A model generated the notes under the pieces. That model worked only from the letters and a program-made list of their open reading frames with translations. It was not told the origin of the DNA and searched no databases. The position numbers were made by a program, and so were the translations under genes. Below are positions 58,933-64,000 of a DNA stretch of 64,000 bases, one piece after another (positions within the stretch are counted from its first letter, which is position 1; each line of letters starts with the position of its first letter). The stretch comes from a virus (Duplodnaviria > Caudoviricetes): the IMG/VR virus record IMGVR_UViG_3300010163_000005, positions 1 to 64,000 of that record. The stretch is one strand, 5' to 3'.

Positions 58933-59646
58933 TTATAATAAATAACATTTATTATTTTCTATTTTATATTCTTGCTTATGCCAACATTGAAATATTTTAC
59001 ACTTATAATCAAAAAACACTTTATCTTGATTATCATTAAATGCTTTTCGTATATAGTATTGTTCCGAATCAATTAACATTCTATTTGTTTGTAATATAGC
59101 ATAAGCATATTCATAAAAATCAATTAAACTTTTAGTATACCCAATACAACAACCAGCATTAAGATAACAATATTGTCCATACTGCCCTCTATTTTTAACA
59201 TTATCAATAATAATATGTGGGTACATCCATATAGTTGCATTATAAATAATTTTTTTATTATATGTTTTAAATAATTCTATTATATTATCCAAATCAGATA
59301 GTATAACTACATCATTACCATCTAAAATTAATGAATATTCTGTATCGCTCTGATATAGCGAATTTAATACATATTTAATTTTATTATATGGTTTATATAT
59401 AGTATTTTTATCTTTTAAATAATTAATATACTTAATGTTATTATGATTAAGCTGATAATTTAAAGGAGCAGAATTCAAATATTTATCTGATAATATTGAT
59501 ATAATACTAATATTATTAGGTAATCTAAATTTTATTTTCTTTAATTCATTGATTAAATCTTTCTCTACATATTTTGTTTTACCTGGAAAATGTCCTATTA
59601 ATATTTTATTGCCTGTATATGAATAATATTCCATATCAATCACCAT
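58933..59646 (-). CDS. PLOD/LH3-type glycosyltransferase domain protein
   Basis: LILDGNDVV, IIYNAT..MYP, YLNAGCCIG, SEQYY and FDYKCKIFQ follow the PLOD GT-domain motif order. Confidence 0.7.
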   Translation of the reverse strand: MVIDMEYYSYTGNKILIGHFPGKTKYVEKDLINELKKIKFRLPNNISIISILSDKYLNSAPLNYQLNHNNIKYINYLKDKNTIYKPYNKIKYVLNSLYQSDTEYSLILDGNDVVILSDLDNIIELFKTYNKKIIYNATIWMYPHIIIDNVKNRGQYGQYCYLNAGCCIGYTKSLIDFYEYAYAILQTNRMLIDSEQYYIRKAFNDNQDKVFFDYKCKIFQCWHKQEYKIENNKCYLL

Positions 59647-60277
59647 CCATTTTTAACATAGACATTTGTTCGTTTAATTTATCTTGATATTTTTGAGGTA
59701 ATATCATTTCATATTGAAATCTGTATATATCATTAATATTTTTTAATGAACATACATAATCGTTTACTTGCCTTAAATAAAATAATTGATAATATTTATT
59801 TTTTATTAATTTATTATAAATATCTAAAAAAGTATTTATATTAATATACATATATTCTGTATCTTCTGATGCTTTAAAAGGTATCATATCTTCTTTACTT
59901 AAAATACTATCTTTATATAACTTATATATTTCCATACAATTAACTTGATCTTCAATCTTATATGTAATATGTTTATCAATATTATTAATAGTATAAACAA
60001 TACCATTTTCAATAAACATATTACATAATTTATTATTTTTATTTAATTGACGTATAATTGTTTCTTGTAAATTTACTTGTGGCATACATATATTATCTTT
60101 TGTTATTATATTAGTATTATCGTTAATAGAACCTAAATTTACTATATATTGTCCATTATGTTCTAAAATAAAATTATATGTTTCTTTATCAATTTCATAA
60201 TAATTATCATTAGGTTTTTCATCTATAGAAAAACCTAATATTGTACCGTTCATATTATCAAAATTTATATAATACAT
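59636..60277 (-). CDS. tail fibre assembly/chaperone protein (DUF4376-like)
   Basis: Directly after the fibre gene; ILGFS..., HITYKIEDQVN. Confidence 0.6.
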   Translation of the reverse strand: MYYINFDNMNGTILGFSIDEKPNDNYYEIDKETYNFILEHNGQYIVNLGSINDNTNIITKDNICMPQVNLQETIIRQLNKNNKLCNMFIENGIVYTINNIDKHITYKIEDQVNCMEIYKLYKDSILSKEDMIPFKASEDTEYMYININTFLDIYNKLIKNKYYQLFYLRQVNDYVCSLKNINDIYRFQYEMILPQKYQDKLNEQMSMLKMDGD

Positions 60278-60298
60278 ACTTATAACTCCTTTATTATA

Positions 60299-63200
60299 TT
60301 ATAGACCTATTGCAAACCAATTTAAATAATAATTAACTTCGTCAATATTATACATTGAGTCTGTTGTTCTTGGTTGAACAACAAAATTATTAGCTGTAAC
60401 ACTTCTTATATAAGTATTTCCTTCTGGACTAATATTACCAGTAAATTGTTCAGAAATAAATACCATTGGAACACCAGCAAAAGCCGTTGGAAAAGCAATG
60501 GTACTACTATATGAACCACTGCCTATCAATATTTTTCCATACATTAATTTTAATATAGCATTATTAAAATTAATTTGACAATATTTTGAACCTGTTGCAG
60601 TATCATTAGCAAATGATGATATGTGGTCACTTAAATCAGGTGTTGTTAATATTTTTTGCCAATTTAACCATGATGAGCCAGAACTTGCCCTTACATATAC
60701 ATTTGTACTACCTTCTTTAAATGCTATTTGTTCAGTATAACTTGCATTTGATGATTCATCAGATTTTAACACTATTAAACCATTATAACTATTGCCATTA
60801 GGAGAATTAGTATCAACACTGTCCATCATATAAATACCTGGTGTATATGCATTATTATAATCATTAACAGGATTTCTTTTATATGGTGCTGCTCCTATTT
60901 CATTTAATGTCCAAGATACATTAGATGTTCCATCAAAAGTTTTTCCTGTATTGCCTATTGTTAATGCTCTTGTTGTTTGTAACTTAGTTGCACTTGTAGC
61001 ATTTCCTGAAAAACCATTTGCTGTTATAGTACCTGTTGCTGTTAAATTTCCTGTTTCAAAATACATACTAATTTTATTATTTGAATTACTATCACAAATA
61101 TTAAAACAATCACTTGAATTGCCTGTACGATTATGCACAAAGTTACCATATATATTTGTATTATATCCACCTGGACTTGGAGCTTTAAGATAACTAGCAT
61201 TAACATTTGTTAATCCGTTTCCATTGCCATAAAAACCTATTGATGCAGTAACATCTTCAACATATAATGTACCGTTTAAATTCAATTCGCTGTTTATTTC
61301 TACTACACCATTTATAGTTAAGGCTCCTGATACAGTACCACCCGTAGTAGATAATTTTGTACTTAATCCACTATATACAGCACCGCTTGTTATTAAATCT
61401 GTACTGCCTGATGTTCCCCCTGATGTTGTACTAATATTTCTAAGATTAACACTACTTGTACCATTACCAATTAAAGCATATCCTGATGTTAATGTAGTTT
61501 TTCCTGTACCACCTTTAGAAACAGGTACGGTAGGCAATCTATCAGAATTTAATGTACCTGATGATATATTAGATGCATTATTTGTTTCATACCAATCCGA
61601 CCATGTATTACCACCGTCTAAAGTTGATCTTGATAAAATTTTACTAATTGCTGTATCTGAATGACTTAATATACATAATTGATTTACATATGTACCGTCA
61701 CCGCTTACAATTAAAAAACCTAAATTATATGTATCACTATTATAACCAGAAGGATATCCTGTACCATTCGACATTAAATACATTCCATTTTGTGTCATTG
61801 TATTCCAATCATAATATAAATTGTCGCCTGATATAGCAAAGTTACCCATATACTTTATAAATTCTTCAAAAGAATAAACTAAAGGCATATGTTTATTAAC
61901 TTTTGTTAAACGTCCTTGTGTATCTACACTAAAATCCTCTGTAGAAAAAACTATCTTAGGAACAAAAGTATATGTGCCATTTGTTACTGTAAAATATGAA
62001 GATAGATTTTTTGTATTAACAGCAGCTTTTCCATAATAAACACTGCCTATTCCTGCAAAATCTCCATAATAATTGTTGCTACCATCTTTTACATATGTAA
62101 AAGTAACAACATCTCCCGCAGATAATGATTTTTCAAAAAATCCTCCTTTATAAAATCCACTAATGGCATTAACTATTATAGTATCTCCTACTTTTATAGT
62201 AAATTTATCATAATTACCTTCTGAATTACACATATAACTAAAATATAATGTATTTGCTTGTTTAGCTGTCCATGTCATTGTTGCTGTAGAAGAATTTATA
62301 GAAGTATTATTAGAAATCCAACAAATCCCATTTAAATATGTTCCATAATTTCCTGCACTTACACCAGAATTTTTTAATGTTGTAGACAAACTTACATTAG
62401 AAGCACCATTAAAACTAACTGAACCTGTTACATCTCCTGTTAAAGCAATTTGTCTTGCTGTTACAAGTGCATTTGCTGTAGTAGCATTTCCTCCATTAGC
62501 TGGCAAACTTGTAGGCTTATTAGTTAAATTATTGTAATTTTGTAATTCACTTGCGTGTTTTCCATCTAATGTATCAGCATCAAGCCCTGAACCTGTACCA
62601 TCAACAGTTGTTAATTTTGTCAATATATCAGATGCTGTATAACTTGAAGCAGGTAATGCATTGTCGGCTTTTGTTCCTTGTATTGCTGTAGCAGCTCCAA
62701 TAGATGAAGGTGTTATATTGATACTCTTTGTTGAACTTCCATCATAACTACCTTGACTTGTTCCATTAAATGATATTGTTAGTGCATTTGGATTTTTCAT
62801 ACTTGTTGGTCTATTAGTTAAGTTATTATAGTTCTGTAGATCATCAACACTTTTTCCATTTAGTGTATAAGCATTACCACCATCATTAATTTTTTCCCAA
62901 TCTCCAGCAAGATGAATTCCTTCTTCATTATTAACAAGTCTGTTTACAAATACATCACGTATACCCCAATTATTAAAAGCTAAAAGATTTATATTATAAT
63001 AAGTATCACCCATAGCAAATATAATCCAAGGATAATCAGAATAGGGCATAAAATCTTGTTTAAGAGTATATGGTACTAAATATATTCCATTTTCGTTAGT
63101 TTGTATTTCATCAATACTGTTTATTGTAATAGGTTTTCTAAAAATAAAATCATTAGCATGTTTATTGTCTACTGTATCTGCATTACCATTATCACTTACC

Positions 63201-64000
63201 TTTATCCAATTATTCCATGTATTATTAGAAGCTGTCCTTATATACATTTTATTTGTTCCAAATGGTATAGCTAATTGTGAACAATACCCATTTTCATAAG
63301 GAAAATTAATTATATGCCAATAATTATAAACACCATCATCTTCATTGGGAATAACACTTGTATCAGTAGTTATAGTTATATATGCTTTATCAAACGAGGG
63401 ATTGTTTAAATCACTTGCTGAATGATAAACTCTATTAGTTACATATTTATCTGGTGTTTTCCCATTTAATTTATTACTATCCCAAGAATATTCAGCATAA
63501 TCTACTGTAACTTTACCCTCTCCATTGATTATTAAATTAGGTTTATTATTTATATAAGAATCTGAATTAGTATCAGTTACATTCCAATCACTTTGTACAT
63601 TTTTTTGAGCGTTATTAGGTGCATGAAGCAATTGACTATGTTCATAAGCAATTTTACCTCTATCTCCTCTATACGCTGTTGATGATGTTTCACCTAATAT
63701 AATAGAGTCCATTATAGGAATAAATTTTGTTCCACTCCATCTATATGATTTGTTTGTATTTATATCTATATATATTTTTCCACTTTCAGGAGTAATAATA
63801 TTATCATTTACATAAAAATTATTATTTTGCAAATATCCTTCAACTACATCATCTACATAAGACGGTAATTGAGAGGACAAAACTTTACCATTTTCATCTA
63901 ATTCAGCTACTCCACCTTTATTACCTTTTAATTGACTATCTAAAGGTGTATATTCTAAAGCATTAATAATATTTTCTTTTGTAATTTCATTTCTAATAGT
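60299..64000 (-). CDS. long tail fibre / receptor-binding protein (5'-truncated by the window edge)
   Basis: Frame is open to the window end (...GGVAELDENGKVLSSQLPSYVDDV); fibre motifs SGLDADTLDG, ARQIALTGDVTGS, knob-like repeats and C-terminal IAFPTAF domain. Confidence 0.88.
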   Translation of the reverse strand, partial: TIRNEITKENIINALEYTPLDSQLKGNKGGVAELDENGKVLSSQLPSYVDDVVEGYLQNNNFYVNDNIITPESGKIYIDINTNKSYRWSGTKFIPIMDSIILGETSSTAYRGDRGKIAYEHSQLLHAPNNAQKNVQSDWNVTDTNSDSYINNKPNLIINGEGKVTVDYAEYSWDSNKLNGKTPDKYVTNRVYHSASDLNNPSFDKAYITITTDTSVIPNEDDGVYNYWHIINFPYENGYCSQLAIPFGTNKMYIRTASNNTWNNWIKVSDNGNADTVDNKHANDFIFRKPITINSIDEIQTNENGIYLVPYTLKQDFMPYSDYPWIIFAMGDTYYNINLLAFNNWGIRDVFVNRLVNNEEGIHLAGDWEKINDGGNAYTLNGKSVDDLQNYNNLTNRPTSMKNPNALTISFNGTSQGSYDGSSTKSINITPSSIGAATAIQGTKADNALPASSYTASDILTKLTTVDGTGSGLDADTLDGKHASELQNYNNLTNKPTSLPANGGNATTANALVTARQIALTGDVTGSVSFNGASNVSLSTTLKNSGVSAGNYGTYLNGICWISNNTSINSSTATMTWTAKQANTLYFSYMCNSEGNYDKFTIKVGDTIIVNAISGFYKGGFFEKSLSAGDVVTFTYVKDGSNNYYGDFAGIGSVYYGKAAVNTKNLSSYFTVTNGTYTFVPKIVFSTEDFSVDTQGRLTKVNKHMPLVYSFEEFIKYMGNFAISGDNLYYDWNTMTQNGMYLMSNGTGYPSGYNSDTYNLGFLIVSGDGTYVNQLCILSHSDTAISKILSRSTLDGGNTWSDWYETNNASNISSGTLNSDRLPTVPVSKGGTGKTTLTSGYALIGNGTSSVNLRNISTTSGGTSGSTDLITSGAVYSGLSTKLSTTGGTVSGALTINGVVEINSELNLNGTLYVEDVTASIGFYGNGNGLTNVNASYLKAPSPGGYNTNIYGNFVHNRTGNSSDCFNICDSNSNNKISMYFETGNLTATGTITANGFSGNATSATKLQTTRALTIGNTGKTFDGTSNVSWTLNEIGAAPYKRNPVNDYNNAYTPGIYMMDSVDTNSPNGNSYNGLIVLKSDESSNASYTEQIAFKEGSTNVYVRASSGSSWLNWQKILTTPDLSDHISSFANDTATGSKYCQINFNNAILKLMYGKILIGSGSYSSTIAFPTAFAGVPMVFISEQFTGNISPEGNTYIRSVTANNFVVQPRTTDSMYNIDEVNYYLNWFAIGL

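Noticed and set aside
3467-61836. Numerous 60-160 aa track ORFs antisense to, or nested in, long genes (e.g. 3467, 4194, 8264, 12640, 27843, 31568, 32576, 37861, 47791, 50180, 55975, 60951)
   Set aside because: Shadow ORFs of real genes: no RBS, no recognisable motifs
63878-63880. Track start of the tail fibre at 63880
   Set aside because: The frame stays open to the window edge; the true start lies outside the window
60299-64000. Diversity-generating retroelement or shufflon acting on the tail fibre
   Set aside because: No reverse transcriptase, invertase, template repeat or alternative C-terminal cassettes seen in the window
1-64000. tRNA, rRNA, CRISPR arrays, IS elements, integrase
   Set aside because: None recognised by eye; intergenic regions are short and extremely AT-rich. 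tRNAscan/Infernal were not run.

Overview
A 64-kb, very AT-rich segment (roughly 20-25% GC by eye) of a large contractile-tailed (myovirus/jumbo-like) phage genome. Strong AAGGAGG RBSs, sigmaA-type promoters and peptidoglycan amidase domains point to a Firmicutes/Clostridia host (inference). Most of the window is a minus-strand virion module: tail fibre (runs off the right edge), fibre chaperone, a PLOD-type glycosyltransferase, minor tail proteins, neck/head-closure proteins, tail sheath, two tail tubes, a chaperone pair with a -1 frameshift, a 2457-aa tape measure protein and the baseplate genes. Independently promoted accessory genes are interspersed (two orphan DNA methyltransferases, GNAT, FNT channel, RelB-like protein, lipoprotein). 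Top finding: a UvsW-like SF2 helicase is split into two genes on opposite strands, 3.3 kb apart (4455-5390 minus, 180-1151 plus). Each carries half of a naturally split intein, and trans-splicing would rebuild the DECH Walker B motif. Second finding: eight intact proteins with unrelated bodies, plus one remnant, share a basic N-terminal 'KRL-K..A/S' leader, suggesting a capsid-targeting/cargo-packaging signal. Two of these genes share an identically positioned palindromic upstream element. All product calls come from motif recognition by eye; no searches were run.
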